Shown here one piece after another: positions 49,507 through 57,174 of a stretch of 64,000 nucleotides of DNA. The notes under the pieces were generated by a model that had not been told where the DNA came from, made no database searches, and was given only the letters and a program-made list of their open reading frames with translations. The stretch lies in NCBI GenBank assembly GCA_965222375.1, contig CBDCTZ010000016.1, forward strand, positions 1,472,001 to 1,536,000, read 5' to 3'. The position numbers and the translations under genes were made by a program. How positions within the stretch are numbered: the first letter of the stretch is position 1; each line of letters starts with the position of its first letter. Source of the stretch: Polyangiaceae bacterium. Lineage in GTDB: Bacteria > Myxococcota_A > Polyangia > Polyangiales > Polyangiaceae.

Positions 49507-50309
49507 GACGCTTCTTCCCGTTCGGGAGTCACCGCATCTTCGCCCAGGTAAGCGCGAATCACGTCGGGGTTCTGGGTGACTTCGGTGGGCTCTCCGTCGG
49601 CGATCTTTTCCCCATGATCGAAGACGATGACGCGGTCGCTGATCCCCATCACCAGACCCATGTCGTGCTCCACCAGAACGACCGTCACATCCATCTCATC
49701 GCGGATGTCGCGTACGGCGTGGACCATGTCCTCTTTCTCTTCGGCGTTCATGCCCGCGCTGGGCTCGTCGAGCAGCAACAGCCGCGGCTCGAGCGCCAAG
49801 GCGCGCGCCATTTCCACCTTCTTCCTGACGCCGTAAGGCAAGTGCATCACGTATCGGTCCCGGGCGAACTGCAGGTCGAGAAGGTCCAAGATCTCCTCCG
49901 CCCGCCTCCGCTCACGCACTTCCTCTTCCCGCACTCGCTTCGAGAACAACAAGCTCGCGAGGGGCCCGGCGGTCATGTGACGGTGGCGGCCCAACAAGAT
50001 GTTGTCGAGCACCGTCATCCGCGCGAAGAGCTCGATGTTCTGGAAGGTGCGGGCCACTCCGAGTTCGGCAACCCGATGCGGCTTGAGTCCAGTCAGTGAC
50101 GTTCCGTCGATGCTGATCTCTCCCTCATCGGCCCGGTAGACCCCGGTGACGCAGTTGAAGAAGGTGGTCTTGCCAGCACCGTTGGGCCCGATCACTGCGA
50201 CGATCGCGCCGCGCGGGATCTCGAGGGACACTCCGTTGAGAGCTCGGATCCCGCCGAACGCGATGCTGACCTGGCGGGCGATCAGGAGCGGACCCTCCGC
50301 GGCGTTCAC
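49503..50309 (-). CDS. LIV-type ABC transporter ATP-binding protein (LivG-like)
   Basis: GTG at 50309 overlapping upstream stop; GPNGAGKTT, ARTFQNIELF, VEHDMGLVM, VIRAYLG. Confidence 0.92.
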   Translation of the reverse strand: MNAAEGPLLIARQVSIAFGGIRALNGVSLEIPRGAIVAVIGPNGAGKTTFFNCVTGVYRADEGEISIDGTSLTGLKPHRVAELGVARTFQNIELFARMTVLDNILLGRHRHMTAGPLASLLFSKRVREEEVRERRRAEEILDLLDLQFARDRYVMHLPYGVRKKVEMARALALEPRLLLLDEPSAGMNAEEKEDMVHAVRDIRDEMDVTVVLVEHDMGLVMGISDRVIVFDHGEKIADGEPTEVTQNPDVIRAYLGEDAVTPEREEAS

Positions 50310-51580
50310 TTCGGTGGCTCGAGCCAATCCGTCAGCTTTTCCCACTTACCGCCTTTGGCTTCGGCCACGTACACCTTGTTGGACCCCAGCCGACGTTCCG
50401 CCGTGAACGTGATCTGCGGACCCAGCGCGCCAGCCTCCCAATGGGGGCCGCCGCTGTCCCAGTCCTTCATGCCGTGAAGCGCCTTGTAGAAGCTCTCTCG
50501 GGTCAGCTCTTTGCCGGCGCCATTGAGCGCTTCGGTGAACGGCATCGCGAATAGGAAGCCCGCCATGGTGAAGGTCCCTGGCGGAGTCTTCTCGCCCGCC
50601 CCGTGCTTCTGCAGGATTTCTTTGTACTTCTTGATCGCGGCGTCATCCGAGTCGGGCAGTTTCGAGACCGCGCTGGTGATCGTGCCTTCCCAGGCGTCGC
50701 CGGCGAGCTTGAACAGGATTGGGTCGCTCAGCACGAAGCTGGTGAGGACTTTTGGCTTCTTCTTCTGCGCGACCAGCGTTTTCACCACGGTGATGGCCTG
50801 CTTCGGTGCGGCGTAGAGCACCAATACATCAGGGTTCTTGGCAGCGATCTGGCTGGCTTGGCCGCTCAGATCCGTATCCGTGGGCTGAGTCGACACCTCG
50901 ACTACTACCTCGGCGCCCTCGTTGTGGCCGACGCCCTTCTTGACGCCCTCCAGACCCTGCTTGCCGAAGTCATCGTCCTGGTAGAGCACCGCGATCTTCT
51001 TGGCTTTCAGATCCTTGGCCGCGTAGTTACCGAGTATCTCCCCCTCGGTGAGGTATTTCGGGAAGACCGTGTAGACGTTCTTCTTGCCACCCTCGGACCA
51101 GAAGCGATCGCCCGAGGCCGGGGTGAAGAACGGAACGCCTTTCGTCTCCAGGTAGTCAGCGACAGCGCGTCCGTTCGCGGTGCCAATGCCGCCAACGATG
51201 GCGAAGACGTTCTCTTTTTCGACCAACTCACGCGCGACTGCTGGCGTCTTTGAGGGGTTGTATTGGTCGTCACGATAGATGAACTCGATCTTGCGCCCGT
51301 TCACGCCGCCCTTTTCGTTGACGTACTTGAAGTAGGCCTCCATGCCTTTGAGCACCGTGCCCCATTGAGCGGCCGGTCCGGAAAGCGGACCCCAGCTGCC
51401 GATCTTGATGGAAGTATCGGTGACGCCGGGAACGCCGGCGGCCTTGGCGCTCGGAGCCGGTGCGGGCTTGTCGGCACTGCTGATGCCTTTGCCGGCAGGC
51501 TCGCGTTTCTCACAACCAAAAGCCATGGCGCCGAGCGCGAGCGCAGCGAACCAGGTTCTACGCGACAACACAGAATTCAT
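50306..51580 (-). CDS. LIV-type ABC transporter substrate-binding lipoprotein
   Basis: Lipobox AFGC; PGVTDTSIKIG, GGVNGRKI..IYRDDQYNP, YQDDDFG. Confidence 0.9.
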   Translation of the reverse strand: MNSVLSRRTWFAALALGAMAFGCEKREPAGKGISSADKPAPAPSAKAAGVPGVTDTSIKIGSWGPLSGPAAQWGTVLKGMEAYFKYVNEKGGVNGRKIEFIYRDDQYNPSKTPAVARELVEKENVFAIVGGIGTANGRAVADYLETKGVPFFTPASGDRFWSEGGKKNVYTVFPKYLTEGEILGNYAAKDLKAKKIAVLYQDDDFGKQGLEGVKKGVGHNEGAEVVVEVSTQPTDTDLSGQASQIAAKNPDVLVLYAAPKQAITVVKTLVAQKKKPKVLTSFVLSDPILFKLAGDAWEGTITSAVSKLPDSDDAAIKKYKEILQKHGAGEKTPPGTFTMAGFLFAMPFTEALNGAGKELTRESFYKALHGMKDWDSGGPHWEAGALGPQITFTAERRLGSNKVYVAEAKGGKWEKLTDWLEPPK

Positions 51581-51677
51581 CGGTCCCTCTCCTCTTTTCT
51601 GACGGCTCAGCCCGGGGCGGAGCGGCTTGCCACGTAACTCGATCGCGCTGCGCGAAGCAACCGAAACAGAAGCGGCG

Positions 51678-52565
51678 TCAGACCTTCTTCAGTCGGTGCT
51701 TGCCCAGCAGCCCTTCGGGACGCACCACCAGCACCACGACGATGATGACGAAGGCGATCGTCGCCTGAAATTCCGTGGAGATATACGCGCCTGCCAGCGC
51801 CTCGATCACCCCCAGCAGCCAGGCACCGATGATCGCCCCGGCCACCGAACTCATGCCGCCCAATACCGCGGCGGCGAACGCCTTTAGCAGCGGTGAGAAC
51901 ATCATGGCTGGGTCCAGGAACAGCTTGGGGACGATCAACAGACCTGCGACCGCTCCCAGCATCGTGGCGATCCCCCAGGTGAGGGCGTGGACTCGTGCCA
52001 CTCTCACTCCCATCAGTTGCGCTGCAGTTTCATTCTGTTGCACGGCGCGCAGGGCAATTCCGGCGCGGGTGAAGCGAAAGAACACCGCCAGCAACAACGC
52101 CGTCGCAATGGCGGAACCGATGATCCACGCGTCGTGAACGCCGAGATGCACGCCACTCAGCAGCTCGAAGCTCTTCGGCTCGGCAAAGAAGTGATGGAAC
52201 TCCTTCACGTCGGCGCCCCAGATCGCGGCGGCCGCTCCTTCGGACACCATCAGCAGCCCGATGGTGACCATCACCACCGCGTGGCTGCCGCCCTCGCGGG
52301 CGCGATGCAAGGCTGCGCGATAGACCACGGCACCTAGGCCAAAGGCGAACACGAGCGACGCGGCGATGGCCAATCCAAAGCCCAGGCCGAGCTTGGTGGC
52401 CACATGGTAGGCCACGAAGGTCGACACCATCGCGAAGGAGCCGTGGGCGAAGTTCAGAACATCGCTGCTCTTGTAGACGAGCACGATCCCCACGGCGAGC
52501 AACGCGTACAGGCTGCCCGCCGAAAGGCCATTGACGATGTCTTGTAGGAGCCGCTCCATCTCCAC
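51678..52565 (-). CDS. LIV-type ABC transporter permease (LivH-like)
   Basis: GSLYALLAVGIVLVYK..VLNFAHG, KAFAAAVLGG, RPEGLLG. Confidence 0.92.
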   Translation of the reverse strand: MEMERLLQDIVNGLSAGSLYALLAVGIVLVYKSSDVLNFAHGSFAMVSTFVAYHVATKLGLGFGLAIAASLVFAFGLGAVVYRAALHRAREGGSHAVVMVTIGLLMVSEGAAAAIWGADVKEFHHFFAEPKSFELLSGVHLGVHDAWIIGSAIATALLLAVFFRFTRAGIALRAVQQNETAAQLMGVRVARVHALTWGIATMLGAVAGLLIVPKLFLDPAMMFSPLLKAFAAAVLGGMSSVAGAIIGAWLLGVIEALAGAYISTEFQATIAFVIIVVVLVVRPEGLLGKHRLKKV

Positions 52566-52566
52566 C

Positions 52567-53553
52567 TCAGAAGGGCCAAGCCTTGAAATAGAACTTGATG
52601 CGTAGCCATCGCCCCCGCAGCCCCATGGGTTCGAAGAGCAGGACGGCGATCAGAATGCCACCAGTGAAAATGACCTGGTAGTCGCGCAGGTCAGCGAGCA
52701 CATGGGGCAAGAGCACGAGCAGCGTGGCGCCGAGGACGCTGCCCAAGACCGAACCCAGCCCGCCGACGACGACCATGACCAACAGCTCGATCGACACCAG
52801 CAGGTTGAAGTTGGACGGATTGATGCGATCGAAGAGATGCGCGTACAGACCGCCCGCAATACCCGTGACGAAGGCGCTGATCGCGAAGGCCAGGGTCTTG
52901 GTGCGAACCAGATTCACTCCCATGGCTTGGGCGGCGATGTCGTTGTCGCGAACCGCCACGAAGGCCCGACCGACGCGAGAGCGAGCCAAGTTGTACACGC
53001 CGACGATGGTAAAGACGCAGACTGCAAAACAGAGCAGGAAGTAGTGTCGAACCTCGCCGATCCCGAAGCCGAATAGCTCCGGCGAGGGCACTCCAAGACC
53101 CATGCGTCCACCGGTGAGGGAGTCCCAGCGACCGAGAATCTGGTCCACGGCCACCTGGAACCCCAGCGTCGCGATGGCCAAGTACGGGCCTTCCAGTCGC
53201 AGCGCCGGGATCCCGATCAGGAAACCCAACAGGCCAGCGACCAAACCGCCCGCGGCCACGGTCACCAGCATCGGCGCGCCTTGGGTGTAGAGAATCACGT
53301 GGGTGTAGGCGCCGATTGCCAGAAAAGCGGCGTGCCCCAGGGAGATCTGGCCGGTGTAACCGACCAACAGGTTCAAGCCGAGGGCGGCCACGATGAACAG
53401 CGCCAAGTTGGTGGCGACAAACAGGGCAAAGCCACCGGCGAGGGACAAGGCCCAGACGAGAATTGCGACGATCAACAGCCCAGCGAGCGCCCGCTGGACA
53501 TTGCCCTCGAACAGAGTGAGGTCCTCACGGTAATCGCGCTTGAGCTGCTCCAT
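52567..53553 (-). CDS. LIV-type ABC transporter permease (LivM-like)
   Basis: GLNLLVGYTGQISLGHAAF, LRLEGPYLAIATL, GRAFVAVRDN. Confidence 0.92.
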   Translation of the reverse strand: MEQLKRDYREDLTLFEGNVQRALAGLLIVAILVWALSLAGGFALFVATNLALFIVAALGLNLLVGYTGQISLGHAAFLAIGAYTHVILYTQGAPMLVTVAAGGLVAGLLGFLIGIPALRLEGPYLAIATLGFQVAVDQILGRWDSLTGGRMGLGVPSPELFGFGIGEVRHYFLLCFAVCVFTIVGVYNLARSRVGRAFVAVRDNDIAAQAMGVNLVRTKTLAFAISAFVTGIAGGLYAHLFDRINPSNFNLLVSIELLVMVVVGGLGSVLGSVLGATLLVLLPHVLADLRDYQVIFTGGILIAVLLFEPMGLRGRWLRIKFYFKAWPF

Positions 53554-53579
53554 CCGGGCGGCCGAGTATACTCACCGCG

Positions 53580-55451
53580 ATGCAAACCGAGCCCGTAAAG
53601 GACGAGGCGACAAAACCGGCCAAAAAGTTCGCGAGAGCGGCGATCCCCACCTTGTTCTTCGAGCGCGCGCAGCGCCACCCGCAGCGCGCGGCCATGCGCC
53701 GCAAGGAGCTAGGGCTGTGGGAGGAGCTGACCTGGGCGGACTACGAACACGGTGTGCGGGCGGTGGCGTCAGCCCTGCTCGAACTCGGCCTCGATGCTCG
53801 TGAGCCGGTGGGGTTGATCAGCGAAAACCGCGTCGAGTGGCTGATGGCCGACATCGGTGTGTTGGCGGGCGGCGGGGTCACTTGCGCGATGTACACCACC
53901 AGCGCGGTTGAGCAGATCGCCTACATCATGGGCCACGCGGGCGTGCGCTTCTTGATCGTCGAAAACGAAGAGCAGCTCGACAAGGCGCTCGAGGTGCGTG
54001 AGAAGCACTCAATCGACCGCATCGTCGTGATCGACGAAAAGGGCCTGTCCCGCTTCACGGATCCGATGGTGATGAGCTGGCGCGATTTCATCGAAAGGGG
54101 TGAAGCCGCGCTGGAACGAAACGCTGACGAGATTCAACGCCGCGTGGCGAACACGCATCCAGATGACCTTGCGATTCTGGTTTACACCTCCGGCACGACA
54201 GGACCGCCAAAGGGCGTCATGCTGAGCCACGCCAACATCGCCTGGTGCTGCCGTGCGTTGGATAGTGTGATCCGACCTTCGCCCGACGATGAATTCTTGA
54301 GCTTCTTGCCGCTCTGCCACATCGCTGAGCGCACCATCACCGTGATGAACCAGGTGGTGAACGGGTCCATCGTCAGCTTTGCGGAGAATCTCGACACTGT
54401 GCGCGACAACCTGGCTGAGGTTCGGCCCCACGTCTTTTTCGCGGTGCCACGGATCTGGGAGAAGCTCTACAACGCTGTCGAGCTCAAGATGCGCGATGCC
54501 AGTTTCACCAAGCGCAAGCTCTACACCTGGGCGGTTGGGGTCGGACGCGCTGCCAACCGTCACCGCCAGGAGGCCCTCGCCAAAGGCGAGGATCCAAAGC
54601 AAAGCGTGCCCGGCGCGCTAGCGACGAAGCTGGCTCTCGCCGACCAGATGGTGCTGCGTCACCTGCGTGAGAAGCTCGGCTTCGACCGGCTGCGCTTCGC
54701 GATCTCTGGGGCCGCACCCATCTCGCCCGATGTGGTCGACTACTTCCAGGCCATCGGCATTCCCCTGGTGGAGGGCTACGGGCAGACCGAGAGCACGGCG
54801 ATCATCACCGTCAATCCACCCGGTGCGTCGCCGCTGGGCACGGTGGGGCTGCCCGTCGAGGGCTTGGAGATGCGAATCGCCGAAGACGGAGAAATCTTGG
54901 CGCGCGGCCCGGGCGTGATGCTCGGCTACTTCAAGGAGGAGGAAGCAACCAAGGCCACGATCGACGCCGACGGCTGGCTGCATACCGGTGACGTCGGGGA
55001 AGTAGACGAGAGCGGACGCCTTCGGATCACCGATCGCAAGAAGGACTTGATCATCACGTCCGGCGGCAAGAACATCGCGCCCCAGTACATCGAGAGCAAG
55101 CTCCGCACCAGCGCCTATATCCACGACGCCGTCGTCATCGGCGAGCGTCGCAAGTTCGTGACCGCCCTGGTGATCCTGGACGAAGACAACCTGGTCGACT
55201 GGGCCCAACGCAACCGTGTGCAATTCGGCGCCTATGCAGAACTCGCGAAGAGCGACGACGTGAAGCAATTGATTCAGGCCGAGGTCGACCAGGTGAACGG
55301 AACCCTGACTCACGTCGAAGCCGTGAAGCAGTTCCGCATCCTCGAACGCCGCCTCGATCGCGACGAAGGCGAGCTGACCCCGACCCTCAAAGTGCGCCGC
55401 AAGACCATTGAAGAGAAGTACAGCGACCTCATCGAGCAGATGTACCGCTGA
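53580..55451 (+). CDS. Long-chain fatty acid--CoA ligase (AMP-dependent synthetase)
   Basis: YTSGTTGPPKGVML, FLPLCHIAER, EGYGQTE, GWLHTGDVG, DRKKDLIITSGGKNIAP, ELTPTLKVRR. Confidence 0.93.
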   Translation: MQTEPVKDEATKPAKKFARAAIPTLFFERAQRHPQRAAMRRKELGLWEELTWADYEHGVRAVASALLELGLDAREPVGLISENRVEWLMADIGVLAGGGVTCAMYTTSAVEQIAYIMGHAGVRFLIVENEEQLDKALEVREKHSIDRIVVIDEKGLSRFTDPMVMSWRDFIERGEAALERNADEIQRRVANTHPDDLAILVYTSGTTGPPKGVMLSHANIAWCCRALDSVIRPSPDDEFLSFLPLCHIAERTITVMNQVVNGSIVSFAENLDTVRDNLAEVRPHVFFAVPRIWEKLYNAVELKMRDASFTKRKLYTWAVGVGRAANRHRQEALAKGEDPKQSVPGALATKLALADQMVLRHLREKLGFDRLRFAISGAAPISPDVVDYFQAIGIPLVEGYGQTESTAIITVNPPGASPLGTVGLPVEGLEMRIAEDGEILARGPGVMLGYFKEEEATKATIDADGWLHTGDVGEVDESGRLRITDRKKDLIITSGGKNIAPQYIESKLRTSAYIHDAVVIGERRKFVTALVILDEDNLVDWAQRNRVQFGAYAELAKSDDVKQLIQAEVDQVNGTLTHVEAVKQFRILERRLDRDEGELTPTLKVRRKTIEEKYSDLIEQMYR

Positions 55452-55499
55452 CTCGTTGGCACTTCGCTCTTCGGTACGACCCATTCGGGCATGTTGCAG

Positions 55500-55581
55500 T
55501 GTCGACGCCGGGACTCGAACCCGGATACCTTTCGGCCCGGGATCTCAGCCCGGCGCGTATGCCTAGTTCCGCCACGTCGAC
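55500..55581 (-). tRNA. tRNA-Leu(GAG), CCA not encoded
   Basis: GTCGACG/CGTCGAC acceptor, CCGGG-CTGAGAT-CCCGG anticodon arm, long variable arm, TTCGAGT T-loop, A73. Confidence 0.85.
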
Positions 55582-55582
55582 G

Positions 55583-55672
55583 TGGTGCATGGCGAGAGAT
55601 TCGAACTCTCACGATCCTTGTCGGATCACCGGTGTTTGAAACCGGGGCGTCTACCAATTCCGCCAACCATGC
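55583..55672 (-). tRNA. tRNA-Leu(CAA), CCA encoded
   Basis: GCATGGT/GCCATGC acceptor, GCGGAATTGGTAGACGC D-arm, CCGGT-TTCAAAC-ACCGG, long variable arm, TTCGAAT, ACCA. Confidence 0.9.
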
Positions 55673-55699
55673 GCGGTGTGGCCTCATGTGAGGCCTCGG

Positions 55700-55769
55700 A
55701 GTCCCGGGAGGGAGTTGAACCCTCGAAGCCGGTTTTGCAGACCGACCGCCGATGCCGTCGAACCGGGAC
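55700..55769 (-). tRNA. tRNA-Cys(GCA), atypical D-arm
   Basis: GTCCCGG/CCGGGAC acceptor, TCGGT-CTGCAAA-ACCGG, GAGGG-TTCAACT-CCCTC, U73 as expected for Cys. Confidence 0.75.
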
Positions 55770-55801
55770 ATGACCGCTGCTTCTTGGAGCGCGACCAACA
55801 G

Positions 55802-55873
55802 AGCCCGCGCCGGGAATCGCACCCGGATTCACTGCTTGCAAAACAGTGATCTCGCCTTCGAGACAACCCCGAG
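55802..55873 (-). pseudogene. Degenerate tRNA-like gene, apparent anticodon TGC
   Basis: D-arm GTCT/AGAT, ACTGT-TTTGCAA-GCAGT and CCGGG-TGCGATT-CCCGG are intact, but the acceptor stem CTCGGGG/CGCGGGC has three mismatches. Confidence 0.6.
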
Positions 55874-55879
55874 ACCAGG

Positions 55880-55949
55880 TACTCCCGTCAGGACTCGAAC
55901 CCGAACCACTCGGTTTAGAAGACCGAGGCCGCTCCTTGCGGGCGGGAGC
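55880..55949 (-). tRNA. tRNA-Arg(TCT), shortened D-arm
   Basis: GCTCCCG/CGGGAGT acceptor, TCGGT-CTTCTAA-ACCGA, TCGGG-TTCGAGT-CCTGA. Confidence 0.72.
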
Positions 55950-55973
55950 ATGGAAGCTGGACGTGAATGTCAT

Positions 55974-56046
55974 TGGAGCCCGCGACCGGAGTCGAACCGG
56001 TACGCTCGGAATACGACACCGAGCCGCGACCACTCGCGACACGGGC
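55974..56046 (-). tRNA. tRNA-Thr(CGT), atypical, CCA encoded
   Basis: GCCCGTG/CGCGGGC acceptor, GCTCGG-TGTCGTATT-CCGAGC anticodon arm with CGT central, ACCGG-TTCGACT-CCGGT, TCCA. Confidence 0.68.
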
Positions 56047-56089
56047 AATTGAGTTTGAGGTGGTGAATCAATTCGAATTCTCACGATGC

Positions 56090-56315
56090 GTTTCGGGGAT
56101 GGGGCCCCGAAACCTGAGGGTGGGGCCCCGATGAATTCACTTCATCGGGGCGGGAGCTGTGCTCCCGACAAGCGGGACTGGTTTCCATCGATTCAAACGC
56201 AACGATGCAGTTTCGGGGATGGGGCCCCGAAACCTGAGGGTGGGGCCCCGATGAATTCACTTCATCGGGGCGGGAGCTGTGCTCCCGACAAGCGGGACTG
56301 GTTTCCATCGATTCA
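56090..56315. repeat. Tandem duplication, 106 identical bp with period 120, multi-hairpin unit
   Basis: 56090-56195 is identical to 56210-56315. Confidence 0.92.
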
Positions 56316-56335
56316 CTCGAATCGATGAAAACCAG

Positions 56336-56409
56336 TAGGTCTGGTGGGAATCGAACCCACGCCGCACGGGGTAAGAGCCCGGCATGCCGCCAACAAACAC
56401 TTCAGACCT
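56336..56409 (-). tRNA. tRNA-Lys(CTT), atypical, CCA not encoded
   Basis: AGGTCTG/CAGACCT acceptor, CGGG-CTCTTAC-CCCG anticodon arm, GTGGG-TTCGATT-CCCAC. Confidence 0.72.
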
Positions 56410-56470
56410 GTTTTCATGCTGTTTTTGTAATTGGACGCAGCGGTGCCCTGCGGGCTATTTCGAGAGCCCG

Positions 56471-56514
56471 AAATGAGAAAAGGCCGCTCCGGGTGATCAT
56501 CCGGGGCGGCCTTT
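56471..56514 (-). terminator. Terminator-like hairpin between the leader ORF and the first tRNA (candidate attenuator)
   Basis: Minus strand aaaggccgccccggatgatcacccggagcggcc followed by ttttctcattt; two C-A mismatches on this strand. Confidence 0.6.
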
Positions 56515-56551
56515 GAAACTCCTTCAAGGGAGCTCGAATAGACTTTCCCGG

Positions 56552-56644
56552 TTACGTCGTGGCCTCCAATCCGACCACGCACGTATTCCTGAACGCGGTC
56601 TTCCGCGCCAGTCTGGAACATCGGTTGTGGGTTAGCTGTGCCAT
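56552..56644 (-). CDS. Putative 30-aa leader peptide of the tRNA array
   Basis: ATG at 56644: MAQLTHNRCSRLARKTAFRNTCVVGLEATT*; stop ~37 nt before the hairpin; weak SD only. Confidence 0.45.
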   Translation of the reverse strand: MAQLTHNRCSRLARKTAFRNTCVVGLEATT

Positions 56645-56844
56645 CGGGGTTTCTCTATTTGCCGCATGAAGCGACGCAATGCAAACAAGGGACAATTCTC
56701 TTCCCGCCCCCTTAGACGTTTCGGAATCGAAATCGTTCCAAGGATCCATTGCTTTTGTTTTGTTTGGATGTGCCGTCCCAGGGCGTCATCGGCGCCTCGC
56801 GCGGTGCGACTGCGCGCTCGGCCGTCACTTCGCAGCAAATAGGC

Positions 56845-57174
56845 TCAGGGAGGCTCGACGACCATGTTTTCGACCTTGCGAACCAGCTCGTCGAATTGGG
56901 ACCGAGCCTCGTCCGCAGCGGCGACGGTCTCGAACTCAGCGGAAATCGAATAGCCGACGATCTTGGTGGAAAGTCGGCGATAGTCTTTGCGCCGGGGTGG
57001 CCCGGCGTCCCTCGACGATGGCGGGCCCCATTCGAGTTCGTCCGCGGATAGAGTTGAAGGACCTCCCACGTCCACTCGGGTCCCGAAATCCGAGGACACC
57101 ACGGAGCAGAGCCGTGCGCCGGTCTCGTTCCGGAATTTGAGCAATAACTCGTGTAACTCGGTCGCGGTCTGCAT
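56845..57174 (-). CDS. Hypothetical protein
   Basis: MQTATELHELLLKFRNETGARLC...; plausible composition, no recognised domain. Confidence 0.5.
   Translation of the reverse strand: MQTATELHELLLKFRNETGARLCSVVSSDFGTRVDVGGPSTLSADELEWGPPSSRDAGPPRRKDYRRLSTKIVGYSISAEFETVAAADEARSQFDELVRKVENMVVEPP

Noticed and set aside
55310..56084. ORFs overlapping the tRNA array (e.g. 55310-55822, 55626-56084)
   Set aside because: Explained by tRNA cloverleaves; no protein motifs.
56090..56315. CRISPR array, or a coding repeat (ORFs 56081-56308 and 56086-56328)
   Set aside because: Only two long units with no unique spacers and no cas genes; the ORFs are by-products of a 120-bp period and lie within a tRNA transcript.
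56090..56336. Hammerhead or HDV-like ribozyme in the repeat
   Set aside because: No CUGANGA...GAAA core in the correct arrangement and no nested double pseudoknot that I could build by eye; an Infernal search is needed.
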